From Gammaproteobacteria bacterium (lineage in GTDB: Bacteria > Pseudomonadota > Gammaproteobacteria > Natronospirales > JAJUFS01), in assembly GCA_036381175.1 (NCBI GenBank), contig DASVDI010000015.1, positions 14,980-78,979 of the forward strand: a stretch of 64,000 nt of DNA, written 5' to 3'. The notes beneath the pieces were generated by a model. The model searched no databases and had not been told where the DNA came from. It saw only the letters and a program-made list of their open reading frames with translations. The position numbers and the translations under genes were made by a program. Position 1 is the stretch's first letter; each line of letters starts with the position of its first letter. Shown here piece by piece: positions 8,774 to 19,104 of this stretch.

Positions 8774-9969
8774 TGAGTCAGCCAGAAATGCCATCCCGTA
8801 TCGAACCCGCTCGCATCGAGCAGATCACCGAGCGGCTGGCGGACGCCATCGCCCGGCTGGTACGGCCCGCTTCGATCCTGGGTAACGCGCTGCATCCGCA
8901 CACGGCGGCGAGTCTCGCTGACGTCGTTCGCGTCATGAACACTTATTACAGCAATCTCATCGAGGGGCATGACACGCGCCCGCGCGACATCGAGCTGGCC
9001 CTGGCAGGGGAGCTGGATAACGAGAATGCGCGTCGCCGGAACCTGCAACTGGAAGCCGCTGCGCACGTACGGGTACAGCGCCTGATCGATGAACAGGCGA
9101 TGGCGGGTACCTTGCCGGAACCGGCGTCGTGCGAATTTCTGCGCTGGGTCCACCACGAGTTTTATCGTGATGCCCCCGAGGAATTGTTGATCGTTCATGG
9201 AGCGGGCCGCGAGTTTCGCATGCAGCCCGGCGAGTGGCGCAGTCGACCGGAACACGATAACGCTGTCGGCCGCCATCAGCCGCCTGCGAGCAAACGTGTT
9301 GACGATTTCATGCGCTATTTCGAGACGCGTTTCGCTTTCTCTGCGATGGGGGAGTCCGCAAGGATTCTTGCGATCGCTATCGCGCATCACCGTTTCAATT
9401 ACATCCATCCCTTTCCGGATGGTAACGGACGTGTAAGCCGCCTGATGAGTCACGCGATGGCGCACAAGGCCGGCGTGGGAGCGCACGGGCTGTGGTCGGT
9501 ATCGCGCGGTCTTGCACGCGGTTTGGCCAGTCGCACCGAGTACAAGGCGAACATGGATCTGGCAGATTCGCCGCGCCATGATGATCTCGACGGGCGAGGA
9601 AATCTTTCTCTCGCTGATCTCAACATGTTCGTGGAATGGTTTCTCGACGTGTGTATCGACCAGGTTACGTTCATGGCGGAGATGTTCGATCTCGACGGGC
9701 TCCGGAATCGTTTTGAAAGACTTGTTCATGCGCTGGACTTCAAGCCGGAGTCGAAATACCTGCTCGAAGCGGCGCTTCTGCAGGGTGAGTTCGAGCGCGG
9801 TGAAGCATCCCGATTGACGGGTCTGCCGGAGCGTTCAGCACGTCGCGTGTTGAAGGATCTTGTTGATCGCGGCTTGCTGGGGTCGGATGGCGAAAAGCGA
9901 CCAGTTTCATTGAGGTTTCCGGCCGACTCCCTGGATTTGCTGTTTCCGAGACTCTATCCGTCGACCTGA
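8773..9969 (+). CDS. Fic family protein with C-terminal helix-turn-helix
   Basis: Canonical HPFPDGNGRVSR motif; SNLIEG intramolecular inhibitory motif; C-terminal ASRLTGLPERSARRVLKDL HTH-like segment. Confidence 0.93.
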   Translation: MSQPEMPSRIEPARIEQITERLADAIARLVRPASILGNALHPHTAASLADVVRVMNTYYSNLIEGHDTRPRDIELALAGELDNENARRRNLQLEAAAHVRVQRLIDEQAMAGTLPEPASCEFLRWVHHEFYRDAPEELLIVHGAGREFRMQPGEWRSRPEHDNAVGRHQPPASKRVDDFMRYFETRFAFSAMGESARILAIAIAHHRFNYIHPFPDGNGRVSRLMSHAMAHKAGVGAHGLWSVSRGLARGLASRTEYKANMDLADSPRHDDLDGRGNLSLADLNMFVEWFLDVCIDQVTFMAEMFDLDGLRNRFERLVHALDFKPESKYLLEAALLQGEFERGEASRLTGLPERSARRVLKDLVDRGLLGSDGEKRPVSLRFPADSLDLLFPRLYPST

Positions 9970-10219
9970 AATGAGTGCTTGCCCAGAACGAACAAGCTTC
10001 TGTTGATTGTTGTGATCTTCCTTTCGGCGTGCACGACGATGCTTGCCTGGCGCCGTCATTGCGAGGTGAAGGCAGAACATATCCAGCCGATGCCTGGCCG
10101 CATTTCATGTCAGTCAGTGAACGCGCGCCAGGTGTTGAAGAAGCCGCGTGTTTTGCCGATAGTCTGCTTGCCGCCGCCGGACTGATGGCAATTCGTTTCC
10201 AGTCGATTTCAAGGGTTCT

Positions 10220-10708
10220 GTGATGCGTATTCTGTTTTCTGCACTGTTGTTGTTGCCAATGCTGTCCGCCTGCGCCGAGGAGGAGGCGCCAGCTCCGCCA
10301 CCGGTGCCTGATCCCGCGGTCGTGGCGTTACTGGAAGCGCTGGAATACGACTGGGAAAGTGAAGACAACGGCGATTTTCGCCTGTTGTTCGATGTGGACG
10401 GCACGCGCACGCAACTGGTGTGGATTCGCAATCGCACCTATGAGCGTGACGATGTGGTCATGCGCGATGTCTGGTCCACGGCGCTGGAACTCTCCGGCAA
10501 GTACGCGTCCGTCAAGCTCGCGGACCTGCTGTTGCGAAGCAACTGGGAGCGCATCATCGGCACCTGGGCGCGCGAAGGGAACCGCATCGTGTACATGGTG
10601 AAACTGCCGGTGAACGCGACCTCCGAGCAGTTGGATGCCGCCATTGGCGTAGTCATCGACGAAGCGGACCGGCTGGAGAAGGAGCGCGGCTACGGCGACA
10701 AATTCTGA
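10220..10708 (+). CDS. Putative lipoprotein of unknown function (possibly YbjN-like fold)
   Basis: Hydrophobic signal with LSAC lipobox, Pro-rich linker and globular domain; fold is a guess. Confidence 0.65.
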   Translation: MMRILFSALLLLPMLSACAEEEAPAPPPVPDPAVVALLEALEYDWESEDNGDFRLLFDVDGTRTQLVWIRNRTYERDDVVMRDVWSTALELSGKYASVKLADLLLRSNWERIIGTWAREGNRIVYMVKLPVNATSEQLDAAIGVVIDEADRLEKERGYGDKF

Positions 10709-10801
10709 GCGCCGCGCGTTCCCCGGCGGCCTTGACTTGCCCGGCATCAGCCGCCAAAATCCCGCCTCTTTCCGGGCCAGCCCCGGGAAATCCTGTCTTC
10801 T

Positions 10802-10878
10802 GGCTACGTAGCTCAGCTGGTTAGAGCGCGGCACTCATAATGCTGAGGTCGGTGGTTCGAGTCCACCCGTAGCCACCA
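10802..10878 (+). tRNA. tRNA-Met(CAT), elongator type
   Basis: GGCTACG/CGTAGCC acceptor stem, CTCATAA anticodon loop, GTTCGA T-loop, encoded CCA. Confidence 0.95.
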
Positions 10879-10952
10879 TCTTCATTTTGTTTTTCAAATA
10901 CTTGCGTCGTCGAGTGCGTCCGACCTCAGCTGGCGGACGGCCTTGCCAATTG

Positions 10953-10989
10953 TGTCCGTAATGACATTGGCGTTACGCCCTCGTATACT
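10953..10989 (+). promoter_or_regulatory. Sigma70-like promoter with overlapping inverted repeats (probable TA operator)
   Basis: ATGACA (10961-10966), 17 bp spacer, TATACT (10984-10989); IRs tgtc-cgtaat-gaca and ggcgt-t-acgcc. Confidence 0.6.
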
Positions 10990-11029
10990 GCCAGCCGGCA
11001 TGGACCGGACATGACACAGGTATCAGCAA

Positions 11030-11326
11030 ATGGCCACAACACAATCCAGGCAGCCCCGCAAAACCAGAGAAACGTTGAATCTTCGCATTCGAGCGGAAGA
11101 TCGGGCACTGATCGATCATGCGGCGAAGGCGCGTGGCAAAACGCGAACGGATTTCATTCTGGACACCGTTCGGGTAGCGGCTGAATCGGCATTGCTTGAG
11201 CAAGCGTATGTTCAGGCGAGCCCGGCCGCCTTCAAGAAATTTCTTGAACGCCTCGATGCGCCGCCGAATCCCGGTGCGCGATTGAAGAAGACAATGCAGA
11301 CACCAGCACCGTGGGAAAATGAATAG
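11030..11326 (+). CDS. DUF1778 ribbon-helix-helix antitoxin (TacA/AtaR-like)
   Basis: RETLNLRI..EDRALIDHAA..G.TRTDFIL pattern; F..FLERLDAPP.P C-terminus; overlaps the toxin start. Confidence 0.92.
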   Translation: MATTQSRQPRKTRETLNLRIRAEDRALIDHAAKARGKTRTDFILDTVRVAAESALLEQAYVQASPAAFKKFLERLDAPPNPGARLKKTMQTPAPWENE

Positions 11327-11847
11327 TGCCGCTGTCGGCACCGGAGCCCTTGCACGGCGAGCACGATATCAGCCAGTTTTCATGCGGCAAGGAGAGCATG
11401 GACCACTGGTTGAAACACGTCGCCCTGAAGAGCCAGGCGGGCGGCGCAAAGACGTACGTTACTGCGGATAATGGTCGAGTCGTCGGCTACTACTCCCTTT
11501 CGGCGGGATCAGTCAGCCGAAAGGAAACCAACGGACGTTTCCGTCGCAACATGCCGGAACCGATACCTGTTGTGCTGCTGGGCCGCCTCGCCGTTGATCA
11601 ACAGTTTCAAAAACAAGGCATTGCGAGAGGGCTGATGCGCGACGCCGCGTACCGTGTCCTGGAAGCAGCGGAAACCGTTGGTATTCGCGGCATCCTGGTG
11701 CATGCCCTGGATGACGATGCGCGGGACTTCTATAAGACCTTGGGTTTCGAGGCTTCTCCGCTCGATACGCACTCACTCTTTATTGCGCTTCAGGATATTC
11801 AAAAGGCTGCCGAAAAAGAGCGGGAGGAGACGGTGAACCATGAATAA
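11326..11847 (+). CDS. GNAT acetyltransferase toxin (TacT/AtaT-like)
   Basis: FSCG..SMDHWL, VVGYYSL, PVVLLGRLAVD, QGIA acetyl-CoA loop, ILVHALDD, FY..LGF; GTG start overlaps the antitoxin stop. Confidence 0.92.
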   Translation: MPLSAPEPLHGEHDISQFSCGKESMDHWLKHVALKSQAGGAKTYVTADNGRVVGYYSLSAGSVSRKETNGRFRRNMPEPIPVVLLGRLAVDQQFQKQGIARGLMRDAAYRVLEAAETVGIRGILVHALDDDARDFYKTLGFEASPLDTHSLFIALQDIQKAAEKEREETVNHE

Positions 11848-12023
11848 AGAAGCGGCCCCGTTTCTTTGAGCAGCGCAGGCTGATTTCTCGCAATTGCATG
11901 ATGGTCACGTCCACACGTCTCTCCTTTTGATTCAATTGCTTGTGACGCCGATCTTCTTCTGGATCGGCTTGCACCATTCATTCTGACCATTTCGCCGCAC
12001 TGCGCCTTGCGCCATCCTTGGTA

Positions 12024-12039
12024 CTGTATGAATATACAG
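12024..12039 (+). promoter_or_regulatory. LexA (SOS) box
   Basis: CTGTATGAATATACAG = CTGT-N8-ACAG directly upstream of imuA. Confidence 0.9.
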
Positions 12040-12064
12040 TGACTATGGCGCGCTGCCGGAGCAC

Positions 12065-12715
12065 ATGGTCGGCATGATTCCTGATGAAAATCCCATGAAC
12101 CTGGATCCCAACCCGGATCCCATGAACCTGGACAAGCTGCCCGGGGTCTGGCGTGGCCGGACGCCGCGCAGGCTTTCGGGTGAAACGGTCGCGACGGGCT
12201 TCGATGCACTGGATGCGGCGCTGCCGGGTGGCGGCTGGCCGCTGGGTTGCGTCACGGAAATCCTGAGCCGGCGAACCGGAATGGGCGAGTTGTCGGTGCT
12301 GCTGCCGGCGCTGGCAAGACTGAGCCAGGAAGGCCGCTGGGTTTCGTGGATTTCGCCGGCGCACATTCCGTATGCGCCAGCGTTGTCGGCAGCGGGCCTG
12401 CGGCTTTCCCGGATGCTGCTGATTCACCCGCCACACATTGCCGATCGGCTGTGGTCCGCCGAGCAGGCGCTGCGTTACGGCCACGGTTCCGTTGCGTTGA
12501 TCTGGCTGGTGCATTGCCATGAACGCGCAATCCGGCGTTTGCAGATCGCCGCCGCCGAGAGTGGCAGCTGGGGAATTCTCCTGCGCCCGCAACGTTACGC
12601 CATCGTGCATTCACCGGCCGCGTTGCGGCTGATCGTGGAAAAGCACCGCGACGGATTTCTCGATATCGACCTGCTCAAGTGCCGCGGTGGCCGCCCAGTG
12701 AGATTGCGTGCATGA
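12065..12715 (+). CDS. imuA: Translesion synthesis protein ImuA
   Basis: TGFDALDAALPGGGWP..CVTEIL, GELSVLLPAL, RRLQIAA; first gene of imuABC; exact start uncertain. Confidence 0.9.
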   Translation: MVGMIPDENPMNLDPNPDPMNLDKLPGVWRGRTPRRLSGETVATGFDALDAALPGGGWPLGCVTEILSRRTGMGELSVLLPALARLSQEGRWVSWISPAHIPYAPALSAAGLRLSRMLLIHPPHIADRLWSAEQALRYGHGSVALIWLVHCHERAIRRLQIAAAESGSWGILLRPQRYAIVHSPAALRLIVEKHRDGFLDIDLLKCRGGRPVRLRA

Positions 12716-14226
12716 AACAGACGCAGCAATCCCTGTTTCCTTCCTTGCCGCCCGCGAAACCCGCGCTGCCGCGGCTGCGCGCGCCGCATCCTGTTCGCCT
12801 GCCGCGACACGAACCCTTGTGGCTTGCGGTGCATCTGCCTTCGCTTGCACTGGAAACGTTGACGCGCGGGCAAATGCTGTCTTCACCGTGCGCTGTGATT
12901 GATACGGCGCATGTCGCGCGCGTTCACGCGATGAACACGCGCGCCAGTGATGCCGGTGTTCGCCCGGGCATGACGCTGGCCGCCGCCTGGGCCTTGCTGC
13001 CTGGACTCGATGTGCATGAACGCGATGCCGCGCGTGAAGACCGGATGCTGCATCGGCTCGCGGCCTGGGCGGTGCGTTTCACGCCAACGGTTTGCGTTGA
13101 CGAACAAACGCTGCTGCTGGAAGTGCGCGGTTCGCTGCAATTGTTCCAGGGTGCAGCGTCACTGCGCGATGCGGTGCAGACGAACATTCATCGGCTCGGC
13201 TTTGATGCGCGCATTGCGCTGGCGCCCACGCCGCGCGCCGCAATATGGCTCGCGCGCGCGGGCAGGGATGTTCATGTCGATCACATCGACGCCTTGCCCG
13301 GCGCGCTCGGTTCATTGCCGATTTCCGCGATCGGTTTCGATGCCAGGCTGCTTGAGAAGTTTCACGGCATCGGCGCGCGCCGGCTGCGCGATCTCATGCG
13401 ATTGCCGCGCGATGGTTTTGCACGCCGATACGGCGTTAAGGTATTGCGCGAACTGGACCAGGCATTGGGACGCGTTCCTGATCCGCGTCGCCCGCTGCTG
13501 CCACCGAAAACGTTTTCCGCGCGCATCGATCTGCTTTATGAAGTCAGCGATACGGATCGCCTGCTGCTTCCCATGCAGCAGTTGTTGCGCGAGCTGGATG
13601 ATTACCTGCATGTAACGCAGCAGGGCGTCAACCGTTTGCGCTGGCAGTTTCAGCATCGCGACGGCAGCCATACCGAAATGCTGCTGGGTTTCGTGGAAGC
13701 GACGCGCGATGCCGTTCGTATCCAGGACCTCGTGGCGCAGAAACTGGAATCATTGACGCTGTCCGCGCCTGCGCTTGAAATCATCCTGCAGGCAAAAGAA
13801 CTCACCGCACTCGCCGGAACTGATCGTGCATTGTTCATCGAGCAGCGCGATGACGATGACTGGCCGCAACTCGTGGAACGTTTGCGTACGCGCTTGGGCG
13901 CGAAGGCGGTAAGCGGATTTGACGCCTCAGCAGATCACCGGCCTGAGCGGGCATGGCAAATCGCCGCTCCCGGATCCGCGTTGACGCAGGAAAAAACCGC
14001 ACGTCGTCCGCACTGGCTGCTTGCAGAACCGCAGGCATTGAAAGCGCGTGATGGAAAACCGTGCGAACTTGAAATGTTGCGCGGCCCCGAGCGCATCGAA
14101 ACCGGCTGGTGGGATGACGACGATGTTGTGCGCGATTACTACATCGCGCGCGATTCGCATGAGCGCCACTTGTGGATTTTCCGCGATGCGTCCGGCTGCT
14201 GGTGGCTGCACGGAATCTTCGGTTAA
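12712..14226 (+). CDS. imuB: Y-family polymerase-like ImuB
   Basis: WLAVHLP, GVRPGMTLA, LLLEVRGSLQLF, C-terminal GPERIETGWWD..RDYY; ATGA overlap with imuA. Confidence 0.92.
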   Translation: MKQTQQSLFPSLPPAKPALPRLRAPHPVRLPRHEPLWLAVHLPSLALETLTRGQMLSSPCAVIDTAHVARVHAMNTRASDAGVRPGMTLAAAWALLPGLDVHERDAAREDRMLHRLAAWAVRFTPTVCVDEQTLLLEVRGSLQLFQGAASLRDAVQTNIHRLGFDARIALAPTPRAAIWLARAGRDVHVDHIDALPGALGSLPISAIGFDARLLEKFHGIGARRLRDLMRLPRDGFARRYGVKVLRELDQALGRVPDPRRPLLPPKTFSARIDLLYEVSDTDRLLLPMQQLLRELDDYLHVTQQGVNRLRWQFQHRDGSHTEMLLGFVEATRDAVRIQDLVAQKLESLTLSAPALEIILQAKELTALAGTDRALFIEQRDDDDWPQLVERLRTRLGAKAVSGFDASADHRPERAWQIAAPGSALTQEKTARRPHWLLAEPQALKARDGKPCELEMLRGPERIETGWWDDDDVVRDYYIARDSHERHLWIFRDASGCWWLHGIFG

Positions 14227-14228
14227 CC

Positions 14229-17200
14229 ATGAACGCGTTGCCTGAATACGCGGAGTTGCATTGCCTCTCCAATTTCACCTTCCTTCGCGGCGCGTCGCAT
14301 CCGGAAGAACTCATTGCGCGCGCGAAAGCGCTTGGCTATCGCGCCATCGCCATTACCGATGAATGTTCCGTTGCCGGCGTGGTGCGTGCGTGGGAGGCGG
14401 CGCGCGAGCAGGCGATGCATTTGATTGTCGGTGCGGAGTTTCGCATCAGCGATGGTCCGAAACTGGTCGCGCTCGCGCGCGATCGAGAAGGCTACAACAG
14501 TCTTTGTCGTGTCATCACGCGCGGGCGCCGTGCGGCTGCGAAGGGCGAGTACCGTTTGACGCGCGCGGATTTCGCGGACGGATTACCCGGTTGCTGGGTG
14601 CTGTGGGCGCCGGGCGAGATCATCGATATGGAAACCGGGCGCTGGGTGCGCGGCAGTTTCGGCGAACGCGCGCGCATCGCCGCTGAGTGGTTCAACGAGG
14701 GATTGAATGAAAATGATCGCCATGCACGGTTCGCGCAATTGCAGGCTGTGGCAAACGCCGTTCAACTGAACATTGTTGCCACCGGCGATGTGCACATGCA
14801 CGTTCGCGGCCGCCGCGCCTTGCAGGATGCCGTGACCGCGATTCGTTTGCGCACGCCGCTCGCACTGGCCGGTTACGCCTTGCACCAGAACGGCGAGCGG
14901 CATTTGCGAACGCGTGAACGCCTGGCGGAAATTTATCCGCGCGACTGGCTGGCGGAATCCGCAGCGCTCGCCGAGGCATGTCATTTCCAGCTTGACGAAC
15001 TGCGTTACGAATACCCGGAAGAGCTCGTGCCGGATGGTGAAACGCCGGCCAGTCATTTGCGCAAGCTTGTTTTCCAAGGCATGAACGTTCGCTGGCCGCA
15101 GGGCGCGAAACCACAAGTCATGCAGCAGGTCGAGCGCGAACTTTCACTGATCGAAACGCTGCGCTACGAGCCGTTTTTTCTCACCGTGCATGACGTGGTT
15201 GGGTTCGCGCGCTCGCGCGGCATTCTTTGCCAGGGACGCGGTTCGGCGGCGAACTCTGCGGTGTGTTATTGCCTCGGCATCACGGAAGTCGATCCGGCGC
15301 GCCAGTCGATGGTATTCGAGCGATTCATTTCTGCGGAACGCAATGAACCGCCGGATATCGATGTCGACTTCGAGCACGAACGGCGCGAGGAAGTCATTCA
15401 ATACATCTACGAAAAATACGGCCGCGAACGGGCTGCACTTGCGGCGACCGTTATCACTTATCGGCCACGCAGCGCCGTGCGCGATGTCGGCAAGGCGCTG
15501 GGATTGGCGACGGCGCAGATCGAGAACATGGCGAAGGCGATGCAATGGTGGGATGGCAAGACGGTGAACGAAGCGCGCATTCGCGAAGCAGGATTTGATC
15601 CTGCGAGTCCCGTGATCCACAAGCTGTGCGTGCTGGTGAATGAACTCGTCGGTTTTCCGCGGCATCTTTCGCAGCATGTTGGCGGTTTCGTGATCGCGCG
15701 AAGTTCACTCGATGAACTGGTGCCGGTCGAGAACGCCGCGATGCCGGAACGCACTGTCATTCAATGGGACAAGGACGATCTCGAATCGCTTGGCCTGCTG
15801 AAAGTCGATGTGCTCGGTCTCGGCATGCTCACGGCAATTCGTCGCGCGTTGAACCTCGTCAATGATTTTCGTGGCACCGACTGGACGATGGCGACATTGC
15901 CACCCGAGGATGCGCAGGTTTACGAAATGATCCAGCGCGCGGACACCATGGGCGTTTTCCAGATCGAATCGCGCGCGCAAATGGCGATGCTTCCAAGGTT
16001 CAAGCCGAAGACGTTCTACGATCTTGTGATTGAAGTCGCGATCGTGCGCCCCGGCCCGATACAGGGCGACATGGTGCATCCGTATTTGCGAAGACGCTGC
16101 GGCGAGGAAGCCGTGAATTATCCGAGTGACGCCATACGCGGCGTGCTGGAGCGAACGCTGGGCGTGCCGATCTTCCAGGAGCAGGCGATGAAAATTGCCG
16201 AGGTTGCCGCGGGCTTTTCGCCCGGTGAAGCCGACCAGTTGCGTCGCGCGATGGCAGCCTGGCGCAAGCGCGGCGGCATCGAGCCGTTCGAGCAGAAACT
16301 GGTCGGCGGCATGTTGGCACGCGGTTACGAAGAAGAATTCGCGCGGCAGATTTACCGGCAATTACAGGGTTTCGGCGAGTACGGTTTTCCGGAAAGTCAT
16401 GCAGCGTCGTTCGCGTTGCTGGTTTATGTTTCCGCCTGGCTGAAACATCACGAGCCCGCGGCATTCTGCGCGGCCTTGCTGAATTCACAACCGATGGGTT
16501 TTTATGCGCCCGCGCAGTTGGTGCAGGATGCGCGCCGTCATGGTGTTGAAATTCTTCCCGTGGATGTGCAGGCGAGCGATTGGGAATGCGCGCTGGAACG
16601 CAATCCGCAAGGAGGCGCGTTAGTGCGCCTGGGATTGTGCGTCGTGAAGGGATTCAATGCGGATGCCGCAGAACGCATCCAGCAAGCGCGGATGCAGAAT
16701 GGCTTCATCGATGTCGCGGACCTGGCTCGACGCGCACAACTCGAACAACGTGAACTGGATGCACTGGCCGCGGCCGGCGCGCTGCAATCACTGGCGGGAA
16801 ACCGGCATCGCGTGCGCTGGCAGGTTGCGGGCATCGAGGCAGCGACGCCGTTGTTCGAGCAGCCGCAATTTCATGAAGGCATTCCGATGTTGCGCGCACC
16901 GACGGAAGGCGAGGATATCGTCAGCGATTACGCGCGGCTGGGATTGACGCTCGGCCGGCATCCGCTGGCCTTGTTGCGCGAGCGCCTCGGCACGCTGCGT
17001 TTTCGAACGTCAGGCGATTTGTGGCGCATGAATGATGGCAGGCGTGTTCGCGTCGCGGGTCTTGTCATCAATCGCCAGCGACCCGGCACGGCGAAGGGCG
17101 TGATCTTCATGACGCTGGAAGACGAAAGCGGCCAGACGAACGTGATCCTGTGGCGCAAGATTGTGGAGCAACAGCGCGAGGTGATGCTCAACGCACGCCT

Positions 17201-17321
17201 GCTTGGCGTATCCGGCATCCTGCAACGCCATGGCGACGTGCTGCATCTTGTCGCCGAACGCCTGGAAGATCATTCCGCGTTGCTGGGCTGCTTGGCGACA
17301 CGCTCACGCGATTTTCATTAA
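14229..17321 (+). CDS. dnaE2: Error-prone DNA polymerase III alpha (ImuC)
   Basis: [20 protein letters not shown] domain, [24 protein letters not shown]-terminus typical of DnaE2. Confidence 0.97.
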   Translation: MNALPEYAELHCLSNFTFLRGASHPEELIARAKALGYRAIAITDECSVAGVVRAWEAAREQAMHLIVGAEFRISDGPKLVALARDREGYNSLCRVITRGRRAAAKGEYRLTRADFADGLPGCWVLWAPGEIIDMETGRWVRGSFGERARIAAEWFNEGLNENDRHARFAQLQAVANAVQLNIVATGDVHMHVRGRRALQDAVTAIRLRTPLALAGYALHQNGERHLRTRERLAEIYPRDWLAESAALAEACHFQLDELRYEYPEELVPDGETPASHLRKLVFQGMNVRWPQGAKPQVMQQVERELSLIETLRYEPFFLTVHDVVGFARSRGILCQGRGSAANSAVCYCLGITEVDPARQSMVFERFISAERNEPPDIDVDFEHERREEVIQYIYEKYGRERAALAATVITYRPRSAVRDVGKALGLATAQIENMAKAMQWWDGKTVNEARIREAGFDPASPVIHKLCVLVNELVGFPRHLSQHVGGFVIARSSLDELVPVENAAMPERTVIQWDKDDLESLGLLKVDVLGLGMLTAIRRALNLVNDFRGTDWTMATLPPEDAQVYEMIQRADTMGVFQIESRAQMAMLPRFKPKTFYDLVIEVAIVRPGPIQGDMVHPYLRRRCGEEAVNYPSDAIRGVLERTLGVPIFQEQAMKIAEVAAGFSPGEADQLRRAMAAWRKRGGIEPFEQKLVGGMLARGYEEEFARQIYRQLQGFGEYGFPESHAASFALLVYVSAWLKHHEPAAFCAALLNSQPMGFYAPAQLVQDARRHGVEILPVDVQASDWECALERNPQGGALVRLGLCVVKGFNADAAERIQQARMQNGFIDVADLARRAQLEQRELDALAAAGALQSLAGNRHRVRWQVAGIEAATPLFEQPQFHEGIPMLRAPTEGEDIVSDYARLGLTLGRHPLALLRERLGTLRFRTSGDLWRMNDGRRVRVAGLVINRQRPGTAKGVIFMTLEDESGQTNVILWRKIVEQQREVMLNARLLGVSGILQRHGDVLHLVAERLEDHSALLGCLATRSRDFH

Positions 17322-17325
17322 CACC

Positions 17326-18279
17326 TTACGATCGGTTTTTTTCGAGCGCGGCATCGAGCTCCGGCAGGATCTTGAACAGGTCGCCGACAAGACCGATGTC
17401 CGCGATTTCGAAAATCGGTGCATCGGCATCCTTGTTGACGGCGACAATCGTGCCCGCGTCCTTGATGCCGGTGAGATGCTGGATGGCGCCGGAAATCCCG
17501 AAGGCCATGTACAGATCCGGCGCGATGATCTTGCCGGTCTGGCCGACCTGCATGTCGTTCGGCACAAAGCCCGCATCAACCGCCGCGCGCGATGCGCCAA
17601 CGGCAGCACCAAGCTTGTCCGCAAAATCGAAAAGGATTTCGAAATTTTCCTTGCTGCCGACACCGCGACCACCGGAAATCACGATGGGTGCCGTCTGCAG
17701 ATCAGGACGTTCGCTCTTCGACGCTTCCAGTTTCACGAAGCGCGTGTGCGAAGGAATTTCCGCATCAACCGAAACGGATTCGATCGCGGCACTGCCATCG
17801 TTTGCCACAGCCTGGAACGAGGCGATGCGCACCGTGCCGAGAACCTTGCAGTCACCGGAAACCTTCACCGTGGTCAGCACGTTGCCGGCATAGATCGGGT
17901 GTTCGAAGGTTCGCTCATCGATCACTTTCATGATGTCGCTGACTTGCGGCACACCGAGCAGTGCAGCTGCACGCGGCAGCACATCCTTTCCGAATGTCGT
18001 CGATGGCGCGAGTACGTGCGTGTAATCGGCTGCCAATTTTGCGATCTGCGGCGCGAGGCTTGCTGCGAGCGGCTGTGCATTTTCCGCGCGCTCGATTTTC
18101 AGCACCTTTGCGACGCCGGAAAGCTTTGCAGCTTGTTCGGCAACCGCGCTCGCGTCATCCGCGAAAACAGCGATGTGAACGTCGCCATCCAGCGCGGCCG
18201 CGCAGCTTGCCGCTTTTGCCGTCGCGGGATTGAGTTTGCCGTTGGCGTGCTCGGCGATGAGAAGAATTCGGTTCGCCAT
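17326..18279 (-). CDS. etfA: Electron transfer flavoprotein alpha subunit
   Basis: [33 protein letters not shown]. Confidence 0.96.
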   Translation of the reverse strand: MANRILLIAEHANGKLNPATAKAASCAAALDGDVHIAVFADDASAVAEQAAKLSGVAKVLKIERAENAQPLAASLAPQIAKLAADYTHVLAPSTTFGKDVLPRAAALLGVPQVSDIMKVIDERTFEHPIYAGNVLTTVKVSGDCKVLGTVRIASFQAVANDGSAAIESVSVDAEIPSHTRFVKLEASKSERPDLQTAPIVISGGRGVGSKENFEILFDFADKLGAAVGASRAAVDAGFVPNDMQVGQTGKIIAPDLYMAFGISGAIQHLTGIKDAGTIVAVNKDADAPIFEIADIGLVGDLFKILPELDAALEKNRS

Positions 18280-19025
18280 CAGATCAGCCCCTTTTCTTTC
18301 AATGCGCTTACGAGTTCATCCACCGATTCCACCTTGTGTCCGCCCGTGCGTTTCGGTGGCGCAGCGAAACCTTGCGTTTCCAAAGCGGGCGGCTTCTCGA
18401 CGCCAAGATCGCCGGCCGCAATCGTTTCCAATGGTTTCTTCTTCGCTTTCATGATGTCCGGCATTTTCACGAAGCGCGGCTGGTTGAGGCGAAGGTCGGT
18501 GGTGATGATCGCGGGAAGATCAATTTCAAGCGTTTCAAGACCGGCGTCGACTTCGCGCATCACCGTTGCCTTGCCATCGGCAAGTTCGACCTTCGATGCG
18601 AAGGTCGCCTGCGGACGGCCGAGCAGGGCGGCGAGCATCTGCCCGGTCTGGTTGGCATCGTCATCGATCGCCTGCTTGCCGAGGATGACGAGCTCCGCGC
18701 TTTCGCGTTCCGTAACGGCTTTCAGAAGGCGCGCGGCGTGCAGCGGCTGGATTTCTTCATTCACATCAATGTGAATCGCGCGATCCGCGCCCATGGCCAA
18801 TGCCGTTCGCAATTGCTGTTGCACATCGTTGCCGCCGATGGAAACGACCACGACTTCTTCCGCCTTGCCGGCTTCCTTGATGCGCAACGCTTCCTCGACG
18901 GCGATCTCGTCGAACGGGTTGATGCTCATCTTCACGCCGTCGGTCTGCACGCCTGAATTGTCGCGCTTCAATTGCACGCGGACGTTGAAGTCGATGACGC
19001 GCTTGATGGGTACGAGGATTTTCAT
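18279..19025 (-). CDS. etfB: Electron transfer flavoprotein beta subunit
   Basis: KILVP.KRVID, MSINPFDEIAVEEA, ALAMGADR, GKQAIDDD; alternative start at 19031. Confidence 0.96.
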   Translation of the reverse strand: MKILVPIKRVIDFNVRVQLKRDNSGVQTDGVKMSINPFDEIAVEEALRIKEAGKAEEVVVVSIGGNDVQQQLRTALAMGADRAIHIDVNEEIQPLHAARLLKAVTERESAELVILGKQAIDDDANQTGQMLAALLGRPQATFASKVELADGKATVMREVDAGLETLEIDLPAIITTDLRLNQPRFVKMPDIMKAKKKPLETIAAGDLGVEKPPALETQGFAAPPKRTGGHKVESVDELVSALKEKGLI

Positions 19026-19045
19026 TCGCATGCCTTTTACGTTCT

Positions 19046-19096
19046 TGTAGGAGCGCCTTCAGGCGCGAATCTTTCGCGCCTGAAGGCGCTCCTACA
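19046..19096. repeat. GTAG-type REP doublet (perfect 24 bp inverted repeat, 3 nt loop)
   Basis: tgtaggagcgccttcaggcgcgaa-tct-ttcgcgcctgaaggcgctcctaca. Confidence 0.9.
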
Positions 19097-19104
19097 TGGC
19101 TTCG

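Noticed and set aside
9975-10223. Two overlapping small ORFs, one with an LSAC lipobox-like motif
   Set aside because: TTG starts, no clear RBS and no recognisable domain; possibly a degraded gene, but unsupported.
2880-11850. Prophage or ICE integrated at tRNA-Met
   Set aside because: No integrase, structural or conjugation genes, and no duplicated tRNA 3' end seen in the window.
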